Source: Podospora anserina | Lineage: Eukaryota | Assembly: GCA_017654855.1 (NCBI GenBank) | Contig: CM030337.1 | Span: 2,046,001 to 2,110,000 of the forward strand | Reading direction: 5' to 3' | DNA length: 64,000 bases | Shown: piece by piece, positions 14,701-26,592 of the stretch | Position numbering within the stretch: the stretch's first letter is position 1 | Layout: each line of letters begins with the position of its first letter | Notes under the pieces: generated by a model | Databases searched by the model: none | Told to the model about the DNA's origin: nothing | Seen by the model: only the letters and a program-made list of their open reading frames with translations | Position numbers and translations under genes: made by a program

Positions 14701-15459
14701 GGTTGGGCAAGAGTCATCAAGTTGGCTGTGAGGGAAACGTCTTCGGCTGGTGTTGGTGAGGTTGGTGAGCTTTGCTGTCTGTGGTCGACATAGAGGGAGA
14801 GGATCTGGACTTGGAAGCTGGGAACGATGGTGGCTGGCTGAAGTCTTTGTGGTGGTCTCTGCCTGTCAGGCTGTTACTGTCGCATCTGTCTTCAGCCCTG
14901 CCTGCATTTTCGTTGTCCGATGATACTCTATTGGGAAGCCTCAGTGACGTGGTGAGCTGAGCCTAGAACATCGGTATCAGGGGCTACAGCTGTCTCGATG
15001 CCTTGTTCGGCATTGGCCAGTGCGACAACTGGTTGTGATCAGGTCTCTCAACTCATACGATCGATGGACCCTACGAGACAAATTGAGCCGGAGGAGCTTG
15101 AGAGACGGACAACAAGCGCGGTTGGCGTGTCATGCTTCTCAGAAAAGGGCCTCTTTACCATCAAGCAGGTCACAAATGGGCATGATATGAACAGATCTTG
15201 TGCCTGCTAAAAGCTGCGGGCACTTACCTCGCTGACCTTGCAACCTCGCGAAGCAAATGCATTCTCTTGTGGCTCAAAACACAAGGCAATCCCGAGATTA
15301 ATATCTGCTCATTACGAGTGCAGTAACTCCATCAAACCAAAGAAAACCGTCAAAACGCTAACGATAGCAAAACGACCATACCGATACGCTTGTTTCACCC
15401 TCAACGCCGTCCATTTCCTCATGCCCAATTGACGACGTCTTCTTTTTTTTTCTCAACCC

Positions 15460-17226
15460 TCATTGTGTCTCCTCCATCAATCCCCTACTCAGCTTAAACT
15501 CCCCATGAACTGCCAACCCAAACGTCTGCTTCCTCGTCACGCGCTTCTGGATCGACCCCAGATTACCGCTCGCCCCCCGATTGTTCAAGTAGCTCGGCGG
15601 CTCATCCACCTGCCCCCTCTCAACCCACTGTTTGCACAGATCCGCATTGACCAAACTCATGATCTTTGTCGAGACATAAAACCTGCCAAGCACATCTCCC
15701 TCCAGCTTCGTCGTCGTCGTAAACTGCCGGTCCTCCTCTGTAGCAGCGGGCTGAAGCGTCTTCAGCGAAAGCACCACCCAGTACCACGCCATCGACTTGT
15801 TCTTCTCAAATGCGTTCCTCCCCGCAATCTCCTCAGCACACACCGGGCCCAGCGTGTCGGGCGGTGCAGCACCCGGCGGCGGGACGCCAGCCGGGGCGCG
15901 AACCGGACGGATGAGCTTTCCCTGAAATCGCAACACCGGTTTGGAGTTCTGCTGCCCCGTCGGGATGAGATACTGAATCTGCTCCACATGCATGATGCCA
16001 ACCGCCGGAACAGAAGCATCAGCTGGTTGCTGCTGGGAGCCGTCTGCCGGCAGTCCGAGCTGGACCCTGATGGGGTCGTTAACCATGATCATCTCGGCGC
16101 CAAAGTATACTCCCTGAAAACACTTCAGGCGGAAGAGATTATCGTCCGTGGGCGCGTCGTGGATCTTATTGAAGAAGGAGAAGCAGTCGTTGATGCTCCT
16201 GGCTGCGAGTTTGGACGCCTCGAGACCCACGGTTTGCAGCGCCTGTTGCTGTTGGGCAGCGTCTTTGCCGCGACGTTCGTTTTCGCTGAGGGCCAGCCAA
16301 TCGACCTCGTCGAAGGGTTTGCCTCTGAGATGGGCCGGAGAGTCTGGCACACTAAACGTGAGGAACGGGCGCATGGTCGAGGCGTCCTTGACAACGACGT
16401 CTTGCTGAAGCGTCGCGTGGCCCAGGGGCGCGATTTGAAACTCGTAGCTAGTATCTAGTGCACCAGGCTGTGCGCCTGGTCGAAGAGTGATGGCGAAAAC
16501 GATGCCTAGCCGCCAGGCGGTGAACCTGTACCAGACCATCTCCCCAACACGGAAGACATTAGAAAGCCCAGTCGTGCCCGGGGGCATTGGTATCCGTGGT
16601 GGCTGTGCTGGAACCTGTTGCGTTTGTTGCTGTTCGGGGTGGACAGATACCGCTTGTGAGCGAGGAGGTGTTGAGTTTTGCACCGCTGCCGAGCCGGTGG
16701 CAGGGTTGGCTTCCCACGCCGCGATAGCGTCTGGTCGTTTTTTCTGCTGAGCCTCGACATATCTGGCACAAAGATCGCAAGGGCACTGGCTGGGGTCTCG
16801 TGAATCGCTGGCGAGCCATAAAGCGTGACTGGCAAACTCGCCCGGGGTGCGGTAGAGGGACTTTGCACCTGCTGGGTGTCCATACAAGTAATAATCCCTG
16901 GCCCCGTCTTTTCTGATAGCTACTCGCAACTCGTACCCCTTTGGAAATGCCGAAAGTATGAATTGGCGTTCTGTGTAAGGTAGGCATCAGCATCTCCTGC
17001 TCCCACCAACACGCAAAGGGAGCTTACTGTCATCTTTCGGCGCAAGCTGCATCCCAAGATGTCCTCCAATGATCACTTGCCATCGTTCAAGTTGTGTTAC
17101 GTCCTGGTCTTCGCCCATATCAAGGGGCTTCTGGTCCAGGTCTTGGTAACTCTGACCATCACTGCGGGCAATGCTGATGGGCCAGTAGTCGGCGTTCGTA
17201 TCGTCCTTAGCCGCCGAACTCGCCAT
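15460..17226 (-). CDS. clr2: Cryptic loci regulator 2 (Clr2)-family transcription-silencing protein
   Basis: ATG 17226; intron 16971-17027 (GTAAGC..GCTGAT..CAG). N-terminal motif FPKGYEL..DYYLYGHP..YRTPGEFASHALWL..CPCDLC, then FRVGEMVW and GVYFGAEMIMVNDPIRV, typical of fungal Clr2 proteins. Confidence 0.85.
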
Positions 17227-17378
17227 CTTCCTATTACTGTACCTTTGGATAATTCATAAAGTGTTGCTGAAGCTGAGTGGAAGATGCAAGTTGCAAGTTG
17301 GACGACGTAATCCACCCATCTGGAAGCTATGTGGTCCGTGCCATGTTGGCTGTGAGTTTGCTGTTTTGTGGCGCTGCG

Positions 17379-17396
17379 CACGTGAGAAACACGTGA
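17379..17396. promoter_or_regulatory. Two tandem CACGTGA E-boxes upstream of clr2
   Basis: CACGTGA at 17379 and 17390, 11 bp apart, about 150 bp upstream of the ATG. Confidence 0.45.
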
Positions 17397-19834
17397 GTAA
17401 CCGCACTTATACCAAGGATGGCCGTAGCGACTGTCTTCAAGCTCAAGCCATGCGGGGCTATCAGTCTCATGACAGGAATCAGGCCCCAAGTGTCGCTTCA
17501 TGATGTGTTTTCTGTCACAATTTTACCTCGGACACCAGCTGATCGTGTTCTACTTTGTAGGTACCTTCAGTCTGAGAAGGACACATGCTAATGACTGACC
17601 AACCCTCGAGAGGAGCTGTTGCGCCATATGGCGGCGTTTTCCATGGTCTTCATGGACCCGATACCGAGAATTTCAGCACCCCTGATGATAGGGTTGTTTT
17701 TCCGAGGCAAAACAGTGAGCATGCTGTTAACGGGGCCCATTTGAGGACCTGAAGGTATCAGCACCAGATCAACCACAGATCATGATGGACGGTAGGCTGG
17801 TCCTAGTACTGGGAATGACACCGATTCTGGTCTACGCGATTGGAATCACCGGATTCTCGCAGTTGGGGAGGCAGAGAACACAACCTCAAGAGCGCAAGGA
17901 GGGGTTCAGATTGTTGGTATTCTCACAACACATGGCATCCAATCATCCCGTGGTCTCTGATCGATTGCTGCTATCCTTTGTTCTTGCAGCCGTGTACCGG
18001 TAACTACAATTTGACCTGTTGTCCAACTCCAAAAAGAATTTTTTCAGATACCAATTACTGGTTCCATGCTCAAGACTTGCCTCTGCCCAGTACTTTCAAG
18101 CACATGACTCTATGCAAGTGAACTCAACACCTCACATGAAAATGACTTTCACAAAAAGGTCAAGACCAGAGAGGCGTAGAGCAGATTCAGACCGCCTCCC
18201 AAAAAAAATCACCCCATACCACAAGGTACTCGCACAACATATACCAGCACCAATAACACCAGCTCTGCCACCCGGCTGTAAAGCTGCCCAATATGCATTT
18301 CCATGCAAGGCATATATCCGCACACTGTTGCTTACTCATAACAACACAACACATCTCCAAACACGATAGGCCCGAAGAACCGACGAAAGAACGGGTTGCC
18401 CTCCCTTTTCAGCGAAGCACTGAGCAAGACCGAGTCAGTCAGTAAAAGACGGGAAATGATGAAGATCAACAAGCTCGAGGAGAAAGAACAGTTCACCGCT
18501 TAGACACTGGTCTGAGCAGTAATCCATACTGTGAGCTGACCGCTCAAACTGAAGCCTTGTCCGATCTCTACCCTCCATGATGCTGATGGTTGGTTTACAT
18601 GTTTCCACATGTCGTTTCGCGGCACAACACCTGTTTGCTGCCCATCAACCCAAGAATATCTCTTGCCAAACACAAAACCCAAAAAAGAAAAAAAAAAAAA
18701 AAAGAATAGAAAAAAGAAAGAAAAAGAAGGAAAAAGAGAAGAAAAAAAAGAAAAAAGAAAGATTCCTTTGACAACACCGATCGGGAAAAAAAAACAAAAC
18801 GGCCTTGCGTCATGCCGCCGCACGGTTGACGAGGGAATTGGGCTCGACACCTCCCAATCTCCCCTGAGCCACCACACCGCCAACACATCGTTAACGGCCG
18901 ACTCCAAAGTGGATTTTCCCCAGCCGGAAGCACACAACAGAAGAGAGAGAGAAAAAAAAGAAAAAAGAAAAAAAAAGGAAAGAAAAAAAGAGAGTCTCCA
19001 AAAAGGCGGGATGAAATGAGATGAAAGAAAAAAACATGTCTCCGGAATCGAGCCTGAACAGGGATTTCTTTCTCGATTCTCCAGTTTGATTCGATCTGCT
19101 GTCAGGCACGGAAGCTCGCCCGTGCAAAAAGCTCATTTCATCCTGGTTCCCGCTCTGGGCCTAGCGCACTCAATCTCCTCAGCTGCGGCTCCCATTGGCC
19201 AACACGTGCTGTTCCTGACAGCAACCCCTGCGACATTACCCTTACTGCCGAGATGAGCCACACCAGGAACACACCAGGAACCGGATCAAACATGTCTCCT
19301 GATTGGGCCGTCCTTGAGGCTATCGAGAACCGCTCCCATCCCCCCCAGAAAAACGTGGAGACACAAACTCCTCCCCCAACTCCATTGTGGACATCTCTCT
19401 CACCTCTTCTCAGTCCTCAACCTTGCACAACCTTGCACACACAGGGCCGCATCCACATTCTCGTTCTGCATCCAGAACGTCCTCTCCTTTTTTTCGTCTC
19501 TCTTTTCCCTCTTTCCTTTTCCCGGCCCCTTGTCAATCTTTTCGATCTCGATATCGACGACGACGACGACGACAACGACAACGACAAGGTCGGTCGCCAG
19601 TCAAACACATTCGCTACCATCTCGGCCTGGCCTCACACTCTTTTCTGCTATGCGCCGCTGACAGAGATATCTGCGACCATATAAAACAGCCCACAGTTTG
19701 AAAAACAAGGAGCGGTGGAGACGAAGCCCTCCCAGGGGCAACACCGCAACTCGGGTCAACCTTGTGTCGTCTGAGAGACGCCACGAACACACGACTTCAG
19801 ATCTTCAACTCTTTCAACCAAACACACCACAACC

Positions 19835-21398
19835 ATGAAGCTCACAACTACGCTTCAGGCCGTCATCGGCTCGGCCTCGTTTCTCTTCGCGGCCCAACCC
19901 GCTCTTGCAGGCCACGTCCACGGCGGCCACCGTCACGCACACGAGAGATATGCCAGGAGGCAGAACCACCACAGCCACATGGCCGGAGAGGTCATTGGTG
20001 CCTCCAGAATCGCTGCGAGAAAGGCCCCATGCTCCTTGCCAAATGATCCCGACCTCGTGCGCGTTCCCGGTGACGTTAACAACGGCTTTGCCATGAGCCC
20101 TGATGAGCCTTGCGAGGACGGAAAGTGGTGCCCGATTGCTTGCAGGTCCGGAAAGGTTATGGCCCAGTGGAAGCCAAACACAAAATATACCTATCCGGAA
20201 TCCATGGTGAGTGGTCTGATGCTGGCTTCGTAGCGTGTACCGGGTTGGTGGCTGACATCCCCTAGTATGGCGGTCTGTACTGTGATGGCGGCAAGCCCAT
20301 GAAGCCATTCAGGGAGAAGCCATACTGCGTTGATGGCACTGGCGCCGTCAAGGCCGTCAACAAGTGCGGCAAGGTCGTGTCTTTTTGCCAGACCGTTCTT
20401 CCCGGCAACGAAGCCATGATCATCCCAACAGATGTCTCCGACACCATGACCCTTTCCGTCCCAGATGCCTCGTACTGGGCCCAAACCGCCGCTCAGTGAG
20501 TTGCTCCAAATCCAGCCGATCTCTGCCTCATCGTGATGCTAATCCCGGATAAAGTTATTATGTAAACCCCCCAGGAGTCGATGCCTCCAGGGGTTGCGTG
20601 TGGGGCAAGATCACCGAGGCGATCGGCAACTGGAGTCCTTACGTCGCCGGCGCCAACACCCAGAGCAGCGGAGAAACTTTTGTCAAGATCGCCTGGAACC
20701 CCGAGTACATGACCACCGACAACTCCAAGAACACGCCCACCTACGGCCTCAAGATCGAATGCCCCGACGGCGGTTGCAACGGTCTCCCCTGCGTCATCGA
20801 TCCCACCAAGAGCGGAGTGGGTGGTGTGGAAAGCCCCAACACCGCCAGCGTCGATGGCGGCGCCAACTTCTGCGTCGTGACCGTCCCCAAGGGCAAGACC
20901 GCCAACATTGTCGTCTTTAACACCGACGGCTCGACTGGCGAGAAGCCCAAGCCCAAGGAGGAACCCAAGCCCAAGCCCAAGGAGGAGCCAAAGCCAACCC
21001 CCAAGCCAGAGCCAACCACCGTCGCCAAGGTCCCCAAGACGACCGCCGCTCCTCCAAGCAGCACCACCGAGGCCGCCTTCTCCATCAAGAAGGTCAACCC
21101 AACAACCTCCAAGTCATGGTCCTCCGAGTCCACCTCGGACCCCTACTTTATGGGTGGTATCTTCCTGGAAAGCACAGCCGTTGGTAAAACCAAGACCTAC
21201 TCCGACATCGAACCGACCGCCACTGCCGAGACCGTCACCACCACCGAAGCCGACGGAGCCGATTCCAGAGCCGCCGCCGCCGCCGCTGCTGCTGCTGCTT
21301 CAAATTCCCCAAGCAACGAAGGGGGTGCTGCCGACCACGGCGGAAGCGCCATTGCCGGCCTTGTCGTCGCCATTGTTGCTGCTGCTGCCTTGCTTTAA
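19835..21398 (+). CDS. SUN-family (GH132) beta-glucosidase/glucanase, secreted, probably GPI-anchored
   Basis: Signal peptide; GFAMSPDEPC..WCPIACRSGKVMAQW; introns 20207-20265 and 20496-20554 give ESMYGGLYC and TAAHYYVNPPG; GNWSPYVAGAN; Pro/Lys/Thr linker; hydrophobic C-terminus (GGSAIAGLVVAIVAAAALL). Confidence 0.92.
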
Positions 21399-23068
21399 AG
21401 CCGTCCTTTCGACGACATGTTTCTTTTCGCTCAACAAGCGACCCTCTTTTTTTTTTCTCCTTTCGATTCGATTGAACAGATACGACTTTCACCCCCTTCT
21501 TTTAAAGCCGACGAAGACGACCCTAATCCGCCAGATACAAAGCGCCTAATGACTCGTCAGCTGAACTTGTACATACTTTTTTTGTTCGATCTTCTTCGCC
21601 AAAACACTTTACACCGGCGGCCTAGTGTCTATTATTATTCCTTTTCACCGGAAGCGACCAACCATCGACGACTGGTTCGATACACTTTTTGTTTTTTTTG
21701 CTTTGTCGGCATTCACTCTTGCCCATCGACATTTCTTCGAAGAGAGTTCAGCGAGCGAATATTTGTTGATATTTCGACACACATCTGGGTTGTTGCTTTT
21801 TTTTTCTTTTCTTCTGCTATTTGTTGAGCCAGAGTTTTTTTCTTGCGCGATATACCCCCATTTTTTGTTTTTGCTTACTTACAATGGTTGGGCCCGTTTT
21901 CGAGGTCATTTTGCTTTTTTGCTTGCTGAAAGGAGTTGCTGTGGTTGTTTTTGTTATTACGAAGTAGGCAAACATGATGGATGGGATGGTTGGTTGGTTG
22001 GGGGGTTGGCGGGGGGGGGGAGGGGGAGGGGGGAGAGGTTAGGGAAAATACATGATGGGAGGGGGAGGAAGGGGAAGTGTCATGTCTGGCTGGGAGACCT
22101 TCAGCTTGGAAGGGTTGGAAACGAACGGACTCTGTATGTTGGGAGGGGGAAAGGCTGGTTTATCAATGATGGGCGGTTTTGCCAACGAACTGGACGCGGA
22201 CCAGCTTTTTATGCCCCTCATCTCCCTTTCTGAGCAGGGGGTGGCGGACAGACAATGAGGTATATAAGGGAATGAAAAATGAAGATGATTTGACGATGGT
22301 AAAAATAAAAATAAAAAAAAAGGCAGAAAAAAAAGATAACACTTGCTCCTGTTTCCGTGCTGCTGGTTGTGAATGTGTTAGTTGAATGATGGTTATCTTG
22401 ATGACGAAAGCTGGGTTGGTTGGTGGAGGAAGAAAAGAGCAAACACCTGATTTTCTGGGGAGGAGGAGGAGGAGGAGAGAGAGGGGGGCGGGCGAAAAAG
22501 AAAAGAGGAGGAGGGGCCACGACCAAAGTTTTGTTGAAGCAAGTGTAACGGCTCGCCGGCTCGCCGGCCGCACTCTCCCTTCTTATTAACCCACATTTCA
22601 GACACGACACGACTCAGACATTTTTTCTCCCTCGGGTATGACGACAACCCTTTGTGGCACATTCTCATTTCATGAATACCACGAGATGAATGTGTGAATG
22701 GCTAAACGGTAATTCTTCACATGTATGTTCACATACTTTGTCGGATAGAGCAAGGGCACTCTTTAGTGCGGTGGTGGGCTCGAGAAGCGCTCTCACCAAG
22801 TTCTAACTGTGGTGGTGTATGGATTGCACAAGGGACATCTGCCGTCAGGGAATTTTTATTTTTCTTCAGTAGACAAACCAGAAAATGAGACAGAAAATGA
22901 GAAACAAAACCACACACGGTATATATCCAAAAACAATTCCCATGTCTTGCTTTAGCACAACTCTTCCACCACCACATCCCACCCTATCCTAACAAACAGG
23001 CCTCTCCCTCCTTCCACTACCCCCTACCCCTAACCACCAACACCTTTCACCAGCACAACAAAACACCC

Positions 23069-24244
23069 TCAAGCCCTCCACCCCAGAAAAAAGAACTGCA
23101 CCACCAACCAACCCCCCATAACGGCATACAACCCCACCATCACCCCCAAAATCTTAACCTGCTGCCCATACAACCTAACCCAACTCCCCCAGCTCACCGT
23201 CTTGAGCGCATTCCTCAAACTCCCAAACCCCCTCCCATTGATCACCTCAGCCTCCACACTCCCCCCAAAAGTCCGGTCAAACGGCACGATCGTCTCCTCC
23301 TCATGCGGCAACAGCGTGGCCTGCACCCTCACCAAAGCAACATGAGCAGGCACAACAAGCAACAAGTTCAACCCGACAAAAACCCCAAGCACACAAACAA
23401 GCTTGGCGACTTCCGACCCTGAGATCCCCTCCTTGAGCTGGGAGTTATCATCATAAGGGGAGAGGCCGATGAGGCCCGCCAGGAGTCCCGGGAGGATGAG
23501 AGAGGCGTGGATGGCGATCCAGTAAAAGAGGATGGGCTGGTAGGTTGCTACCAAGTTGCGACGCCAGGAGGGGAGGCGGGAGAAAAAGGTGCGCCCGTGG
23601 GGGGTGTTGGCCGGGCGGGGGGCCGAGATGATGATGTGGGTTAGGGCGGTCATGAGTTGGGAGGTGAGGAGGAGGACGACGAGGTTGCCGAGGATGGGGA
23701 TGAAGGAGAAGATTCCTGAGAGGATGCTCGTTGTGAAGGCGAGGAATAGGAAGCACCCTAAACCGCGGAATTGAGACCGGAAGCCGGAGATGGATTGGAG
23801 GGTGCGGTGGGTGGCGCGGAGGGAGGAGGTGATGGGTTTGGTCGGGAGGGGGGCGTCACCGTTGGGGGAGGAGGAAGAGCCACCGTTGATGTTGTTGTTG
23901 TTGTTGTTGTTGTTGTAGGCAGGGGGGGGAGCGTTCTTGTTGGTGTTTGCCTTGTTGATGTCGCCATCTTCGTTGGTGGGCTCGTTGATAGGGATGGCGT
24001 CGTAGGCGGGGAGGGGGTCCTCGACGATGGCGAGGGTTGGGTAGATGTGGGTGAGGGTGTAGCCGATGTAGAGGAACATGGGGAGGAAGAGGAGGATGTT
24101 GATGAAGAGTTGGAGTCCGCCATAAGGCGCCCACTTGATAGGGGGTCCTTGAGGCTCATCGGGCATGTCTGAGGAGCTGTCGGCCAAGTTGGAGTAGGCC
24201 CGCTTGGCGAGCATGCCGCCCGCGTGTACAACGGGGGAAAGCAT
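23069..24244 (-). CDS. Conserved fungal multi-pass membrane protein of unknown function
   Basis: Single exon; likely ATG 24244 (MLSPVVHAGG). About 6 hydrophobic segments, with motifs YPTLAIVED and LVRVQATLLP..EETIVPFDRTFGG; poly-Asn tract. Confidence 0.8.
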   Translation of the reverse strand: MLSPVVHAGGMLAKRAYSNLADSSSDMPDEPQGPPIKWAPYGGLQLFINILLFLPMFLYIGYTLTHIYPTLAIVEDPLPAYDAIPINEPTNEDGDINKANTNKNAPPPAYNNNNNNNNINGGSSSSPNGDAPLPTKPITSSLRATHRTLQSISGFRSQFRGLGCFLFLAFTTSILSGIFSFIPILGNLVVLLLTSQLMTALTHIIISAPRPANTPHGRTFFSRLPSWRRNLVATYQPILFYWIAIHASLILPGLLAGLIGLSPYDDNSQLKEGISGSEVAKLVCVLGVFVGLNLLLVVPAHVALVRVQATLLPHEEETIVPFDRTFGGSVEAEVINGRGFGSLRNALKTVSWGSWVRLYGQQVKILGVMVGLYAVMGGWLVVQFFFLGWRA

Positions 24245-25135
24245 TCTTGGGATAATCTGACAAATGAGAACTCTCAGGTATAACTGGTGATGATGGAAAA
24301 GAAAAAAAAGAGGGGAAAAACAGTAAACGATGGTAAAAAGACTGGTGGTGATCGAGATGGTTGATAAACAGACCACAACCCAGGAAATGAATGAGAGTTC
24401 CCGGGGCGTGGCAGGCGGCGCTGAACGTTTATTATAGTGGGATCCAACAGCCTGAAGGGGCGTGCAACCGCCAAAGAAATGCGGAGCATTAAGCGTTTGG
24501 TGCCTCGTCTGACTGCGCCAACAGCAGGCTGTGATTGGACGCCCCTTCAATACGATCAAGCACTGCGCCACTCGCGGGGTGTTCTGCCTGGTGGTCATCC
24601 CCAGAGACTGTACGGAGACGGATTGTCTCCCTTTCCGTGGAATCAGGCGTTCAAGACGTTACATAAGGTGACCAGATCCTCAAGCACAAGGCCCTTGCAG
24701 TCATGATTCAAGGCTCGAGGATACCACACTTCTTATTTTGGCCCAAGGCTCTGAGGTTTTTATCTACTCGGCGCATGGACGCGTGTGCTCTCGAGAAACG
24801 TTCAAACTGAGGAGAAAGAAGGCATCTCATTTGTTCATGTTGGGCCTCCAAATACTATACATCTTGTGCTACCAACCCTAATCCTCTTGATATCGATCTT
24901 TCAGAGCGCCATTGTGATAAATTGCCGTCGCAAAGAAAATCCATGACGCAAGATATCGTGGTGGTAGAGATTGATCTTTTGAGAAGTGTCGTTATAAAGG
25001 GAATGAAGTGCAAGAGCGTTGGTTCGACACTAAAACATAGCAGCAACAAATAAGACTCGATTATTGCGTTATGCAGCTCCTAATCCATTGATCATCCAAA
25101 CTGCAATCTCACCGAACTAGTTCGACCAGTTGACC

Positions 25136-26012
25136 ATGCCGTCGACCGACCAACCCCTGACCTTCTTCTCGGCCATCATGGTCGGGTTGAGCTGAGTACT
25201 GGCTTGGATAGACTTTGGAGTTCACTACACGAGCAACTACATCCTCTACCTCTTCTTTGGCGGTCTCAAACCTCAAACTCACACCAGACCTCAAAGATTA
25301 AAGGATGGCCGTGTGTGCTCGCCAAGCGTTGTCATGACTGATGCCATTGAAGGTGAGTATACCTTCCCTTTGACACCCTTACCTTCCCTTCAGCTCTCGT
25401 GCCCCGTTCCATCTCTCACCTACCTCTGAACTGCCCTTGCTTGCCTTCTCGTCGCCTTTTGCTTACCCCTTACTCACCCCTGATCCAGGAATCGGCCTCG
25501 CAACAGCCTGCCTTGACCAGATCGCTCTCCAGCTCTCCTCGACAACAGATAACCCCCTCATCGCAGTGGTGAACAAATGCCTGCAGTTGCATGATGTCAC
25601 CAATGGAGCTCGCCCCCGACTCTGACGTCCGCCGGATATTCGAACTCGACTTCTGGGCATACATCTCGGTGGTCCGGGCTTTCCTGCCGACGATCAGGCA
25701 GAATAAGGGGCGGTTCATCAGTGTTGGAAGCTTTGGGGGGTATGCCAACCCGCCGTTGTGGCCGCCGTATTGTGCTTTGAAGGCTGCGGTGGAGGCTATG
25801 ACGAGGAGCTGATGCCGTTTGGTGTTGGGATGACTACTGTCCGACCTGGTTGGACTAGGACGGGTGGGATAGGACCGAAGATTAGAGGTGCGTGGGAGAG
25901 GTATTTTGATGATATTCCGAAGGGAGCGGTGGGGGTCGATAGCTTTGGGAATTTGATCAAGACGGATGTGAGGGTGGGGAGGCGGAGGAGAGGGTTTATC
26001 GGCCTATGGTTA
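25136..26012 (+). pseudogene. Short-chain dehydrogenase/reductase pseudogene
   Basis: ATG 25136; in-frame TGA 25193; intron 25353-25488 joins a degenerate TGxxxGxG motif (TDAIEGIGLATA); apparent internal deletion; +1 frameshift in VVNNA at ~25575; catalytic YCALK at 25768-25782; second frameshift at ~25808 before ELMPFGVGMTTVRPG. Confidence 0.85.
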
Positions 26013-26592
26013 ATATATGATATGTTTTGGTTTCTTTGTGAACAGTGTTCTCCTGGAGGTGCCAACCGTGTTCTAGGCACAAGCTGACCATTGTAGGTAG
26101 GCCGTCGAAGTGTTTCAACGATTTTTCAAGTCCTCGGTTTCCAGATCGGAATCTAGAGAGGATCTGGATGCGGCAAACGATGAAAGAAATCTTTTTTTTT
26201 TCAAGAATATCCCTGATATCCCTAAGTACGTGAGAAAACCCATCGCTGTATATTCGACTTTTCCCCGTTTTATGCAGCGAGGTAGAAAGTGGATGAACAT
26301 GCGAGCAAACAGTTACTAACCCCCACTAAAAAGATTGCGTAGCTTGCAGCTATTCTGTTAGCAGTTTGAGCCTATTTTACCGCCAAAACTGTTAAGAACG
26401 CCCAACACTTGACCCCACAACACCTCTTGAGCTTGTCATGAGCCTCACCAACGTCATCCCAACACACGGCAACACAACGATTTCTGGCAATCTGATATCC
26501 CGATATCCTCTGGCGAGAGCGGAATGAGAGGCTTTTCATAGCGCTCGGGTTGTTCATCACACTCACCGATCCACCAAACTCTTTACCGAACC

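Noticed and set aside
15463-16458. 331-aa + strand ORF
   Set aside because: Antisense shadow of clr2, explained by codon bias.
19253-19684. 143-aa ORF upstream of the SUN gene
   Set aside because: Made of pyrimidine tracts and a (GAC)n microsatellite typical of a promoter or 5' UTR.
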